A stretch of 64,000 nt of DNA from the human T2T-CHM13v2.0 reference genome, Homo sapiens. Positions 62,995 to 64,000 of this stretch are shown in pieces. The notes below the pieces were generated by a model, which did no database searches, had not been told where the DNA came from, and saw only the letters and a program-made list of their open reading frames with translations. The stretch's first letter is position 1. Each line of letters opens with the position of its first letter. The stretch is from NCBI RefSeq assembly GCF_009914755.1, contig NC_060933.1; one strand, 5' to 3'. Made by a program: the position numbers and the translations under genes.

Positions 62995-64000
62995 GTCTGA
63001 GTCATTTCTAAGTAAAACACTGAAACATTAATTACTAAGCGTAAGTTTAAGCTTATATACTTTAGTATCTTATTTTTATATGGCATAGGAAAGCTAAATA
63101 TATTTACATCTGTTAACAAAAAAATTTAGGAGATGCATCTCTGTAAAACATGATGAAATGGTTTCCATCTACACATACAGTTCAAAATTATTCGCTGAGT
63201 TTTTAACGGAAAATTAGGGTCACGAAGTTAACACTGTAATTAATATATGTAACTGAAACTACTAAATATAAGAGAAACAATTCTGTACGTGAGATGTATA
63301 AGAAAAGCAGAGTTTGTTTTTCTTTTGAACAACATTTCGTGTAGTAATAAGAGATTGTAAAATATTTTTATCTTCTGAGTAAACAGAAAAAAAAAAAGGG
63401 GAAAGAGGGAGAGACATTCTGTTTGCCTCACGCTGTCTTTAGTAGGTCTATTGATTGCTTGGGAAACTAAGTCTCCTCTCTGTCATAGTAAAGGTTTTTG
63501 GTTTGGGAAATCTCTGAATTACCAATTTGATTAAATGAATGGCTTATTTTACAGTGACCTGTGGTCCTATTTTGAGATTGTTTTAAGCCTCTGATATTTG
63601 ACTTCCCAAAACCAAATTTCAAGTCCTAACATTAAGGGTTTTTTTCACCTGAACTAACTTGGATATAACAAATAGGAACCCCGAGAAGTCCAAGGGAGAT
63701 GTACGAGGCTTATGTGGTATGTTAAAATCATACAGGAAGCATTGTCAAATGTGGAATGCTGTTGGAGTTATATTGGTATAAATGTATTATTAACATATGT
63801 TCCAAAATTGTATGAGATTCCTAAAAATTCTGACATGTCTTGGTATATGTTATCAGTCGTGATTACGATTATATGTTAAACTGTTTTAACCTCAGAAGTA
63901 ACCAAATTCCCTGCCAATCGCGTCTTCACCCATGGCTACTCTAAGTCTTTTGTCATCTGCAGAAAATTACTGTTTTACTTTGATTCTTCTCAAAATGCAG
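62995..64000. mobile_element. AT-rich ERV1 (MER4-group-like) internal sequence
   Basis: Abrupt AT-rich block resembling non-autonomous ERV1 internal regions; family not resolved. Confidence 0.45.

Overview
Human genomic DNA: GC-rich, Alu-dense and subtelomeric in character, consistent with 9q34.3. The window lies inside the minus-strand gene EXD3 (mut-7/Nibbler-like 3'-5' exonuclease homolog). Seven GT-AG coding exons (39913-40014, 27921-27985, 17007-17180, 16486-16653, 11518-11571, 10075-10214, 2301-2401) splice in frame into the first ~252 aa (MDPGDPAGDPAAGERHRMG...QERYGVAP). The first exon and the nuclease-domain exons are outside the window. The rest is intron, containing about 40 Alus, old L1 remnants, a complete THE1A-type MaLR provirus, several solo LTRs, about 12 distinct tandem-repeat arrays and several CpG-rich islands. 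Almost all long ORFs in the supplied track are repeat artefacts, and there is no CRISPR, rRNA or tRNA. I found no wholly new gene system. The best leads are regulatory: (i) an intron-7 alternative-terminal-exon/poly(A)/UG-array module that could truncate EXD3 before its nuclease domain; (ii) a CpG island near 62 kb that appears to be an ancient L1 rewritten by AT->GC substitution; (iii) a sense THE1A LTR with an intact splice donor upstream of the ATG exon; (iv) two Gln codons that place a competing CAG next to real acceptors. Repeat coordinates and subfamily names were assigned by eye and are approximate.
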